From Burkholderiaceae bacterium (GTDB taxonomy: Bacteria; Pseudomonadota; Gammaproteobacteria; Burkholderiales; Burkholderiaceae_B): a DNA stretch of 51,848 nucleotides. The position numbers and the translations under genes are program-made. Shown one piece after another: positions 40,808-49,201 of the stretch. Numbering within the stretch: position 1 is the first letter of the stretch; the number at the start of each line of letters is the position of its first letter. The stretch is from NCBI GenBank assembly GCA_044338955.1, contig JBIIWK010000001.1, positions 1 through 51,848 of the forward strand, read 5' to 3'. The notes beneath the pieces were generated by a model, which was not told the DNA's origin, made no database searches, and saw only the letters and a program-made list of their open reading frames with translations.

Positions 40808-41989
40808 ATGACATCTGCCCTTTCCAATACGTATTCCCGCCTTCCAGTCGCCTTTACCCACGGTAAAGGGGTTTGGCTATGGGATACCAAGGGCCGACGC
40901 TATCTCGACGCGATGGCGGGCATTGGCGTGTCATGCTTAGGGCATGCTCACCCTAAACTGGTCGCTGCAATCAGCGAGCAGGCTGCGCGCGTTATTCACG
41001 TCTCGAACTTATACGAAGTCCCAGAACAAGAAGAGCTCGCTCAGCGCATGGCAAAAATGTCAGGCATGACTGAGATTGTGTTTGGTAATAGTGGCGCCGA
41101 AGCCAACGAAGCCGCCATCAAACTTGCGCGCTATTACGGCTACAAAAAAGGCAACGATCTGCCCACCATCATCACCATGGAATCCTCATGGCACGGCCGT
41201 ACCATCGGCACGCTTGCTGCAACCGACAGCGAGAAAGCGCGCACTGGTTTTGGCCCTTTACCAGGTGGCTTTATCAAAGTCGCTTACAACGACATCGCCG
41301 CCATCAAAGCGGCTGGCGACGCTGAGCCGCGCGTGGTGGCCGTCCTGCTTGAAGTGTTGCAAGGTGAAGGCGGAATTCGCCCCACCGACATACAAAATCT
41401 AAAAGACTTGCGCGCCCTATGTAATGAGCGTGGCTGGCTCATGATGATCGACGAAGTGCAGTCAGGCATCGGTCGCACGGGCAAGTGGCTGGCACATCAA
41501 TGGGCTGGGATTCTGCCTGATGTCGTGGTCTTTGCAAAAGGCTTAGGTGGTGGCGTGCCCATCGGCGCTATCGGTGCATGCGGCCCAGCCGCGGGTGTTT
41601 TGGGCCCCGGCAGCCATGGCACAACATTTGGTGGCAGCCCCCTAGTCAGCGCCGCGGGCGTTGCTGTTCTGCGCGCGCTCGAAGAAGAAAAGCTTCTTGA
41701 AAATGCTGCGACGGTTGGCGCCCACCTGAAGGCCGAGCTTGGCAAAGCCTTGTTAGGCACGCCTGGCGTGCGCGAAGTGCGCGGCCAAGGCCTGATGTTA
41801 GGCATCGAACTCGAAAAGCCCTGCGGCGTGTTGACCATGCGTGCGCTTGAAGCGGGTTTGTTGATTAACGTCACGCGTGACCGCGTGGTGCGTCTGCTGC
41901 CCCCACTAATCCTCACCACCCAAGAGGCCGACGAAATCGTGAAGATTTTGGCCCCTCTGATCAAGGCGTTTAACGCCGAGTCCGCTTAA
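40808..41989 (+). CDS. argD: Acetylornithine aminotransferase (class III PLP)
   Basis: ATG 40808 after GGAG. NSGAEANEAAIK, HGRT, DEVQSGIGRTG and AKGLGGG; upstream of argF. Confidence 0.88.
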   Translation: MTSALSNTYSRLPVAFTHGKGVWLWDTKGRRYLDAMAGIGVSCLGHAHPKLVAAISEQAARVIHVSNLYEVPEQEELAQRMAKMSGMTEIVFGNSGAEANEAAIKLARYYGYKKGNDLPTIITMESSWHGRTIGTLAATDSEKARTGFGPLPGGFIKVAYNDIAAIKAAGDAEPRVVAVLLEVLQGEGGIRPTDIQNLKDLRALCNERGWLMMIDEVQSGIGRTGKWLAHQWAGILPDVVVFAKGLGGGVPIGAIGACGPAAGVLGPGSHGTTFGGSPLVSAAGVAVLRALEEEKLLENAATVGAHLKAELGKALLGTPGVREVRGQGLMLGIELEKPCGVLTMRALEAGLLINVTRDRVVRLLPPLILTTQEADEIVKILAPLIKAFNAESA

Positions 41990-41999
41990 CCCGCACTGA

Positions 42000-42034
42000 C
42001 ACGACCTGACACTCAAACAGAGCGTCAGGTCGTG
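42000..42034. other. Intra-operon 15-bp stem-loop between argD and argF
   Basis: CACGACCTGACACTC-AAACA-GAGCGTCAGGTCGTG (one mismatch), with no U-tract. Confidence 0.7.
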
Positions 42035-42067
42035 CGGCACGGGCCTGACAACTTTATCGAGTGCACT

Positions 42068-43009
42068 ATGTCAAACGCCGTTCCCACCGCCGGCTTGCTT
42101 CGGCATTTTTTACAACTGCAAGACCTCAGCGCGGACGAACTGCTCTATGTGCTTGAGCGCGCCAAACTCATCAAAGAAAAATTCAAGCGCTACGAACCGC
42201 ATCATCCCCTGCACGACCGCACCTTAGCGATGGTCTTTGAAAAAGCCAGTACCCGTACTCGAGTCTCTTTTGAAGCGGGCATGTACCAGATGGGTGGTTC
42301 AGTCATTCATCTGACCACGACCGACTCGCAATTAGGTCGCTCTGAACCCATTGAAGACACTGCTCGCGTTGTGTCGCGTATGGTTGACCTTGTGATGATT
42401 CGAACCTTCGAGCAAACCCGTCTCGAAACCTTTGCCGCGCACTCGCGCGTGCCGGTCATCAATGGCTTAACCAACGAGTTTCATCCCTGCCAGATTTTGG
42501 CCGATGTTTTTACCTATATTGAAACGCGCGGCAACCTCGCAGGCAAAATCGTTGCGTGGGTGGGTGATGCCAACAACATGGCCTATACCTGGATTCAAGC
42601 CGCCGAACTGCTGGGCTTTACGCTTCACGTCTCTGCCCCAACCGGCTATTTGCTTGATCCCAGCCGACTGACCACAGTCAAACCCGGTACGGTCAAAGAG
42701 TTTACCGACCCAAACGAGGCCTGCAAAGGTGCCCACTTAGTCACGACCGATGTCTGGACTAGTATGGGCTACGAAGCCGAAAACGAAGAGCGCCGCAAAG
42801 CCTTTGCTGACTGGTGCGTCGACCAAGACATGATGGCGCAGGCAACCCCCGACGCCCTCTTCATGCACTGCTTGCCGGCACATCGCGGCGAAGAAGTTGC
42901 CGCCGAGGTCATCGACGGGCCTCAAAGTGTGGTCTGGGACGAGGCCGAAAATCGCCTACATGTTCAGAAAGCCCTAATGGAGTTCTTGTTACTGGGACGT
43001 TTGGGTTAA
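42068..43009 (+). CDS. argF: Ornithine carbamoyltransferase
   Basis: STRTR, HPCQ, SMG and HCLP motifs; ATG 42068 preferred. Confidence 0.96.
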   Translation: MSNAVPTAGLLRHFLQLQDLSADELLYVLERAKLIKEKFKRYEPHHPLHDRTLAMVFEKASTRTRVSFEAGMYQMGGSVIHLTTTDSQLGRSEPIEDTARVVSRMVDLVMIRTFEQTRLETFAAHSRVPVINGLTNEFHPCQILADVFTYIETRGNLAGKIVAWVGDANNMAYTWIQAAELLGFTLHVSAPTGYLLDPSRLTTVKPGTVKEFTDPNEACKGAHLVTTDVWTSMGYEAENEERRKAFADWCVDQDMMAQATPDALFMHCLPAHRGEEVAAEVIDGPQSVVWDEAENRLHVQKALMEFLLLGRLG

Positions 43010-43135
43010 AGAACAAGGCCTAACACCCCTAGGCGATGGAACCGGCCTTTGAATACACGTCTGAGGGATGGAACCGGCCCTTGAACTTTCGCCTGGCCGT
43101 TAGAACCGGCTTTTGAACTAACGTCTAGGCAAAGG
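42997..43135 (+). repeat. Degenerate 32-bp tandem repeat downstream of argF
   Basis: GAACCGGC(C/T)(C/T)TTGAA at 43039, 43071 and 43103; resembles the argF end ACGTTTGGGTTAAAGAACAAGGCC. Confidence 0.8.
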
Positions 43136-43196
43136 CCAGCGCCCTTCCGCTAAAATATCTTCTTCTGTTAAACATTCAGCTAATTTCGAGCACCTT

Positions 43197-44420
43197 ATGA
43201 GCGATATCAAAAAAGTAGTCTTGGCCTATTCAGGGGGCTTAGACACCTCTGTCATTCTTAAATGGCTGCAAGACACATACCAGTGCGAAGTCGTCACTTT
43301 CACAGCGGATATCGGTCAAGGCGAAGAGCTCGAGCCCGCACGCGCCAAGGCGATCAAGTTCGGCATCAAGCCTGAACAAATCTTTATTGATGATTTGCGC
43401 GAAGAGTTCGTCCGCGATTTCGTGTTTCCGATGTTTCGTTGCAATACAGTCTACGAGGGCGAATACCTGTTGGGTACGTCGATTGCCCGGCCGTTGATCG
43501 CCAAGCGCCAAATTGAAATCGCACGTCAAGTCGGCGCTGATGCGGTTTCGCATGGCGCAACTGGCAAAGGCAACGATCAAGTACGTTTTGAACTGGGCTA
43601 TTACGCTCTTGAGCCTGGCATTAAGGTCATTGCGCCCTGGCGCGAATGGGATTTGGTCTCGCGCGAAAAGCTTTTGCAATACGCAGAAGCCGCTGGCATC
43701 GCCATCGACATGAAGCACAAGCAAGGTGGCGCGCCTTACTCAATGGACGCCAACCTGCTGCACATCAGCTTTGAAGGTCGTCACCTTGAAGACCCAAAGG
43801 CAGAAGCCGAAGAAACCATGTGGCGCTGGACGGTCTCGCCCGAGGCCGCCCCAGATCAAGCCGAGTACCTCGACGTCGAGTTTGAACACGGCGACGTGGT
43901 GGGGCTCAATGGCGTGCGTCTGTCGCCCGCTCAGGTACTGACAAAACTCAATGAGTTGGGTGGCAAACATGGTATCGGTCGCCTGGATCTGGTCGAAAAC
44001 CGCTACGTCGGTATGAAATCCCGCGGCTGCTACGAAACCCCTGGCGGCACGATTTTGCTCAAAGCCCATCGCGCCATTGAATCGATCACGCTCGACCGTG
44101 AAGTCGCACATTTAAAAGACGACTTAATGCCGCGTTATGCCAGCCTGATTTATAACGGCTACTGGTGGTCACCCGAGCGTCGTGCTATCCAAGCCTTGAT
44201 CGATAGCACGCAAAAAGAAGTGAACGGTTGGGTGCGTTTGAAACTATACAAAGGCAACGTCTACACCGTGTCGCGCGATTCAAAAGACACGTTGTTTGAT
44301 CAAACCATCGCCACCTTTGACGATGACGGCGGTGCCTACAACCAGGCCGATGCCGCGGGCTTTATCAAGCTCAACGCCTTACGCATGCGGATCGAATCAC
44401 GTGCTGGCCGCAAACTGTAA
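43197..44420 (+). CDS. argG: Argininosuccinate synthase
   Basis: [26 protein letters not shown] and [16 protein letters not shown]. Confidence 0.97.
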   Translation: MSDIKKVVLAYSGGLDTSVILKWLQDTYQCEVVTFTADIGQGEELEPARAKAIKFGIKPEQIFIDDLREEFVRDFVFPMFRCNTVYEGEYLLGTSIARPLIAKRQIEIARQVGADAVSHGATGKGNDQVRFELGYYALEPGIKVIAPWREWDLVSREKLLQYAEAAGIAIDMKHKQGGAPYSMDANLLHISFEGRHLEDPKAEAEETMWRWTVSPEAAPDQAEYLDVEFEHGDVVGLNGVRLSPAQVLTKLNELGGKHGIGRLDLVENRYVGMKSRGCYETPGGTILLKAHRAIESITLDREVAHLKDDLMPRYASLIYNGYWWSPERRAIQALIDSTQKEVNGWVRLKLYKGNVYTVSRDSKDTLFDQTIATFDDDGGAYNQADAAGFIKLNALRMRIESRAGRKL

Positions 44421-44430
44421 AGCGCTTTGC

Positions 44431-44470
44431 TTGACGTGCTGTGCTGCCTCGCCCTAAAGGGCGAGGTTTA
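44431..44470. mobile_element. Isolated hairpin resembling an IS200/IS605-family end; may act as a terminator
   Basis: TTGAC-GTGCT-GTGCT-G-CCTCGCCC-TAAA-GGGCGAGG-TTTA. No transposase is present in the window. Confidence 0.4.
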
Positions 44471-44489
44471 TCACGGGCACCTACCGCGC

Positions 44490-45584
44490 CTATCGCAGCT
44501 GATTGAAACGGTCCAGACGCGTTAACTGAGCACCTCGACGCGTACCCGGAAACACTACGGTCAAACGAGCGCCCGCAAATTGCGGCCGGCTCACGAGGTT
44601 CCACCAGGCGCCATGGGCGCGGGCGATTTCGCGCACGATGGCTAGCCCTAAACCTGAACCACCCTGGGGAGCATCAGGCGAGCGATAAAACGCTTCAAAG
44701 ACGCGCCCCTGCTCTTGGGTACTGATACCCGAGCCGTCATCTTCAACCGCAAGCGTTGGAGGCGTTGAGGTCACCAATAGCCTGATGTAATGCGCACCGG
44801 TCGCATAGCGCAACGCGTTGTCAATCAGATTACCAAGAAGCTCGTCCAGCAAAATCGGATCACCCTCAACCCAGACGGGGTGATCAGGCGCCTCGAGTTG
44901 CAAAGTCAAACCCGCCTCGTGCGCACGACTTAACCACTCGGCACCACTTGTACGCACCCATTCGCATAAATCCATCCGCAAAAAATGATCTTGTGGACGC
45001 GCTTCGGGATCCACCCGCGCCAGTACCAGGAGTTGTCGCCCTAGCCGAATCATGCGATCGCTGACTTGTTTAATACGCTCAGCACGCTCGCGAAGATCGG
45101 CAGACAAGGGTTTGGCCAGCATCAACTCGGATTCAAGTTTTAAACCCGCTAGCGGCGTTCTGAGTTGGTGGGCGGCGTGCCCAACGAAGCGGCGCTGCGC
45201 CGCAAGCGTGTCGTTCAATCGTGCCAACAAATCGTTGGTATGACGAACCAGCACTTCAAGCTCAAGCGGTAAACCCTCGACCTTTAATTGCCCTAAATCG
45301 TCGACCGAGCGTTGGGCAATGTCATTAGAAAGCTGATTGATTGCCCGCATGCCCGAGCGTACGCCTCGTACGACGACCCAAACACACAGGGCAATCAACA
45401 TCAATTGCCCCAAGACCATCAACCAAAAAATGTCTTCTAGTTGCCAGTCGGCCATCTCGATTTTATGCGTGATGACCCACGTGGCTAATAAATCAAGGCC
45501 GACTAACAGCACGATGGGCGGCAACAAGCGCAGCGTCAAGCTGCGCGCCAACGTGCCCGGGGTTAAGAATGCGAGCTTAGTCAT
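44490..45584 (-). CDS. Sensor histidine kinase (QseC/TctE-like, very short extracytoplasmic loop)
   Basis: Two TM segments, H-box AAHQLRTPL, N-box NLIDNALRY, and G-boxes DDGSG and GSGLGL. Confidence 0.9.
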   Translation of the reverse strand: MTKLAFLTPGTLARSLTLRLLPPIVLLVGLDLLATWVITHKIEMADWQLEDIFWLMVLGQLMLIALCVWVVVRGVRSGMRAINQLSNDIAQRSVDDLGQLKVEGLPLELEVLVRHTNDLLARLNDTLAAQRRFVGHAAHQLRTPLAGLKLESELMLAKPLSADLRERAERIKQVSDRMIRLGRQLLVLARVDPEARPQDHFLRMDLCEWVRTSGAEWLSRAHEAGLTLQLEAPDHPVWVEGDPILLDELLGNLIDNALRYATGAHYIRLLVTSTPPTLAVEDDGSGISTQEQGRVFEAFYRSPDAPQGGSGLGLAIVREIARAHGAWWNLVSRPQFAGARLTVVFPGTRRGAQLTRLDRFNQLR

Positions 45585-45663
45585 TCAATACAACCTCTCG
45601 ATTGCTGAACCCCAGAGGTTAAGAATGTGCGCTTCGGCATTACTCAGAACCTTGCGACTGCTG
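45555..45663 (-). repeat. 56-bp imperfect direct duplication covering the kinase RBS and start
   Basis: GGTTAAGAATG at 45561 and 45617; on the - strand both copies read CAGCAnTCG..AGGTT......AATG.C.AAGC...CATTCTTAACC. Confidence 0.8.
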
Positions 45664-45726
45664 CGCGCTTGAAGTTAGAGCTGTTCGCATCATCATCTTC
45701 GCCCTTGAGCTAGCCTGCAGCAGACG

Positions 45727-46398
45727 CTAAACCGCTTCGACTTCAAGCAGGTAACCAAAGCCGCGCACGGTCTGGATGGCAGCGCCCTTACCTTCAAGGC
45801 GCTTTCGAAGCCGATAAATGTAGACCTCGACGGCATTTTCGCTAAAGTCAGAATCAAGCGCCGAAAGACCTTGCACAATTTGCTGTTTGGTCACGACCTT
45901 ACCGGCGCGCACCATCAGCATTTCAAGTACGGAGAGTTCGCGTACGGACAAAGCTAAGCGCTGACCCGCGACCCGACACTCTCGATGCGCAGTATCAAAA
46001 GACAAACTACCAAACTCAATCAGCGAACGCGCAACACCCAGATGGCGTCGCGCCAAAGCCCGCACGCGCGCAGCCAGTTCGGCTAACTCGAAGGGCTTTG
46101 TCAAATAATCGTCAGCCCCAGCATCGAGGCCCGCCACTCGATCTTGTAGGCCATCGCGCGCAGTTAATAACAAGACGGGGATTTCACTGCCGTCGCTGCG
46201 CAGTGTGGTCAACACCTGCAAGCCATCGATCAGAGGTAAGTTTAAGTCGAGCACTAGTAAATCGTAAGAGTGGTTGGCTAAAGCGGTGAGTGCACGCTTG
46301 CCGTCTGCTAACCAGTCGGTTGCATAGCCTTGATCAGTTAGAAACTCTTGCAACGCGCGCCCAAGCGTCGCGTCGTCTTCGATTACGAGGACTCTCAT
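45727..46398 (-). CDS. OmpR-family response regulator (QseB/TctD-like)
   Basis: LDLNLP, GLDAGADDYLTKPF, and winged-helix VEVYIYRLRK...TVRGFGY. Confidence 0.92.
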   Translation of the reverse strand: MRVLVIEDDATLGRALQEFLTDQGYATDWLADGKRALTALANHSYDLLVLDLNLPLIDGLQVLTTLRSDGSEIPVLLLTARDGLQDRVAGLDAGADDYLTKPFELAELAARVRALARRHLGVARSLIEFGSLSFDTAHRECRVAGQRLALSVRELSVLEMLMVRAGKVVTKQQIVQGLSALDSDFSENAVEVYIYRLRKRLEGKGAAIQTVRGFGYLLEVEAV

Positions 46399-46427
46399 GA
46401 CACGATTTTACATCTCTTAGGGGGTAC

Positions 46428-46503
46428 TGGTGGGTGCTACAGGGGTCGAACCTGTGACCTACGCCGTGTAAAGGCGCCGCTCTGCCAGCTGAGCTAAGCA
46501 CCC
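46428..46503 (-). tRNA. tRNA-Val(TAC)
   Basis: Reverse complement is GGGTGCTTAGCTCAGCTGGCAGAGCGGCGCC-TTTACAC-GGCGTAGGTCACAGGTTCGACCCCTGTAGCACCCACCA (76 nt). Confidence 0.96.
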
Positions 46504-46569
46504 TAAGAATTTGGCTGAACGTTTTGCAAGGATACAAAACGATGCGGTGAACAAAGGGCTAAAACAGGT

Positions 46570-46611
46570 AAAAAAAAATGCGTATCGCATTATAGCGAAA
46601 CGCATTTTTTT
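46570..46611 (-). terminator. Intrinsic terminator of hupB (bidirectional shape)
   Basis: A9-TGCGTATCGC-attata-GCGAAACGCA-T7. Confidence 0.85.
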
Positions 46612-46627
46612 AGCAAATCGAAACGGG

Positions 46628-46900
46628 TTAGTTCAATGCGTCTTTCAGTGCCTTGCCTGGACGGAATTTTGGAACTTTTGCTTTTTTGATTTTGATCGCT
46701 TCACCGGTACGTGGATTGCGTCCGATACGCGCGGCACGTTGCGACACTGCAAAGGTACCAAAACCAACGAGCGTGACCGAGTTACCTTTTTTAAGGGTTG
46801 CCTTGATTGCTGCAATCATCGCGTCAAGTGAACGGCCTGCGGCTGCTTTAGAAATATCAGCTTTCGTGGCAATGTGATCAATCAATTCAGTTTTGTTCAT
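46628..46900 (-). CDS. hupB: DNA-binding protein HU
   Basis: MNKTELID...VTLVGFGTF...[13 protein letters not shown]...[12 protein letters not shown]. Confidence 0.93.
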   Translation of the reverse strand: MNKTELIDHIATKADISKAAAGRSLDAMIAAIKATLKKGNSVTLVGFGTFAVSQRAARIGRNPRTGEAIKIKKAKVPKFRPGKALKDALN

Positions 46901-47033
46901 GTTGTGTATTTTCCTTGGGGGCTAACAGTGTCAGAGCTATAAAAAATTTGAAGCGCCATGTTTACAAGCGCTTCAACTGGCTGCAAAGAGATTAAAACGC
47001 CCGCTTGCGCAGACCGTCATCACTCGTGTGCAC

Positions 47034-47062
47034 ATTAAGCCACTGGCAGCAAGGGCTGTCAA
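47034..47062 (-). promoter_or_regulatory. Putative sigma70 promoter of hupB
   Basis: On the - strand: TTGACA-17 nt-CTTAAT, with TG before the -10. Confidence 0.5.
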
Positions 47063-47143
47063 GAGAAAATCACCTGAGAGCCGCGTTCTTATTACGATTT
47101 TCCTAAAAAAATCTAAAAAAACTTTGCAGCATTTGGGCTTGCA

Positions 47144-48412
47144 CTACGCCAAAGAGACACCACAAGCGGCGAACGCCTGTTCAAAATCAGCAATCAAATC
47201 TGCTTGATCTTCGATGCCAACAGACAAGCGAATGAGGCCATCGGCAATGCCCATCTTGGCACGCAGCGCAGGCCCCATCTCATGATAAATCGTATGCGCC
47301 GCGGGTAAAGCCAGTGTGCGCGTATCGCCCACATGGGTTGCCAAGATCGCAACTTGTAGGTGGTTTAAAAAATCAAGGCAATCGATACCCGCCACCAATT
47401 CAAACGCGATCAGCATGCTGAACTTGCCACCAAATAATTGTGCAGCGCGGGCATGCTGGGGGTGATTTGTCAGCCCCGGGTAAGCAACGCGTTGAACGCC
47501 TGGGTGCTTGGATAAAAATGTAGCGAGCGCCATCGCGTTGCTGCAAATTTTATCGAGTCGCAACGCTAGGGTCTCAGCCCCCACGGCAATCCGATGCGCC
47601 GCATCGGCAGACAAGGTGCCCCCCATGTCGCGCAAACCTTTTTTCTTGATCTGCGTGATCGCCCAACCTGTTGATGGGCCTTTTTTATAAATATCGAGAA
47701 TGTTGCTGTATGCGGTCCAATCAAACAGGCCAGTATCGGTGAGCGAACCACCCAGTGCGTTGGCATGCCCACCAATATGTTTAGACAGCGCGTTCATGAC
47801 AAGCGATGCGCCAACCACCTTTGGCCGAAAGAGCCAGGGTGAGGTCACGGTATTGTCAACCACGTACACCAATTTATGCTTTTGGCATAACTGCCCTAAC
47901 CCGACCAAATCGGCCACCTGTGTACCTGGGTTGGCGATGGTCTCAGTAAACAGCATTTTTGTATTCGGACGAATTGCAGCGGCAACGGCCTGCGCATCGG
48001 TTGGATCGATGAGCGTGATCTCAATCCCCAACAACTCGAGCGTGCCAAACAAGCTATTGGTATTGCCAAAGATAAACTGACTTGAGAGCAGATGATCGCC
48101 CGCGCGCAGCAGTGTCGTAAACAACGCCGTCAACGCGGCCATCCCAGTGGCAAAAGACAAGCTTGCAACACCGTCTTCCATTTTATTGATTTTCTTTTCA
48201 AGCGCATCGCTTGTGGGCGTGCCTTGACGCGCGTAGGTATAGCCCGGCTTGCCCTGAAATACCGCAGACAGTTCACGCGCATCAGAATAGGCGTACTGCG
48301 TTGAGGTATGAATGGGTTTATGCACCGCGCCGTGCTCGACCGACAGCTTGCGGTCGCCGTGCAAAATGGTTGTCGTAAAACCCTGTTGGGAAGATTGTTT
48401 AGACGAAGTCAT
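47144..48412 (-). CDS. Cystathionine gamma-synthase/trans-sulfuration family PLP enzyme
   Basis: YARQGTPT, TGMAA, ETIANP, DNT, LSKHIGGH and IRLSVGIED. Confidence 0.88.
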   Translation of the reverse strand: MTSSKQSSQQGFTTTILHGDRKLSVEHGAVHKPIHTSTQYAYSDARELSAVFQGKPGYTYARQGTPTSDALEKKINKMEDGVASLSFATGMAALTALFTTLLRAGDHLLSSQFIFGNTNSLFGTLELLGIEITLIDPTDAQAVAAAIRPNTKMLFTETIANPGTQVADLVGLGQLCQKHKLVYVVDNTVTSPWLFRPKVVGASLVMNALSKHIGGHANALGGSLTDTGLFDWTAYSNILDIYKKGPSTGWAITQIKKKGLRDMGGTLSADAAHRIAVGAETLALRLDKICSNAMALATFLSKHPGVQRVAYPGLTNHPQHARAAQLFGGKFSMLIAFELVAGIDCLDFLNHLQVAILATHVGDTRTLALPAAHTIYHEMGPALRAKMGIADGLIRLSVGIEDQADLIADFEQAFAACGVSLA

Positions 48413-48455
48413 TACAGATTCACTTTAAAAAAATAGGCTGCACTCGCCGGGTAGT

Positions 48456-49193
48456 TTAGCCCTGACGCTGGCGAACAGTCTCGTACAGACACACTGCGGT
48501 TGCTACGCTAACGTTCAAACTCTCAACACTGCCCAGCATCGGGATTGTGACGAGCTCGTCGCAAGTTTCACGGGTGAGTCGGCGCATCCCCTCGCCTTCA
48601 GCGCCCATGACCCAAGCCATCGAACGCCTGCCGTCGGTTTGATGAATGCTTTGTGTCGCCGTATCGTCGGTGCCCACAAGCCACAGGTCGCGGTCTTTTA
48701 ACTCGCGCATGGTGCGTGCTAAATTCGTCACCATCAAATAGGGTACTGACTCGGCAGCACCACACGCCACACGCTGCACCGTCGTGTTTAAACCCACGGC
48801 GCGGTCTCGCGGTGCAACAACCGCATGCACCCCCGCAGCGTCGGCGGTACGCAAGCACGCGCCTAAATTATGGGGGTCAGTCACGCCATCCAGAATCAAT
48901 AACAGCGCAGGGCCCTGTACGCCGTCGAGCACTTCATCGAGATCATCGGCGAGTTTTCGTGCATCGGCAACCGCCACCACACCTTGATGCCTAGAGCCTC
49001 CAGTCAAGCCGTCCAACCGATCGGCTGTCACGGGATGCACGGGTCGCCCGGCCTGCGTGACACTGGCAATCAAGGCCTGCATACGCTTATCGCGTCGCTG
49101 AACCTCAACGTACACTTCGCGGATCGATTCTGGGGCTTGGCGTAAACGTGCGATGACCGCATGAAAACCCGCCAGCATTTGAGTTGCAGCCAT
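48456..49193 (-). CDS. rlmB: 23S rRNA G2251 2'-O-methyltransferase
   Basis: [25 protein letters not shown] and ESLNVSVA; downstream of rnr. Confidence 0.95.
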   Translation of the reverse strand: MAATQMLAGFHAVIARLRQAPESIREVYVEVQRRDKRMQALIASVTQAGRPVHPVTADRLDGLTGGSRHQGVVAVADARKLADDLDEVLDGVQGPALLLILDGVTDPHNLGACLRTADAAGVHAVVAPRDRAVGLNTTVQRVACGAAESVPYLMVTNLARTMRELKDRDLWLVGTDDTATQSIHQTDGRRSMAWVMGAEGEGMRRLTRETCDELVTIPMLGSVESLNVSVATAVCLYETVRQRQG

Positions 49194-49201
49194 ACGTATT
49201 C

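Noticed and set aside
46380-46503. Genomic island integrated at tRNA-Val or tRNA-Leu(TAG)
   Set aside because: No integrase, no duplicated tRNA 3' end, and the flanking genes are housekeeping with ordinary composition.
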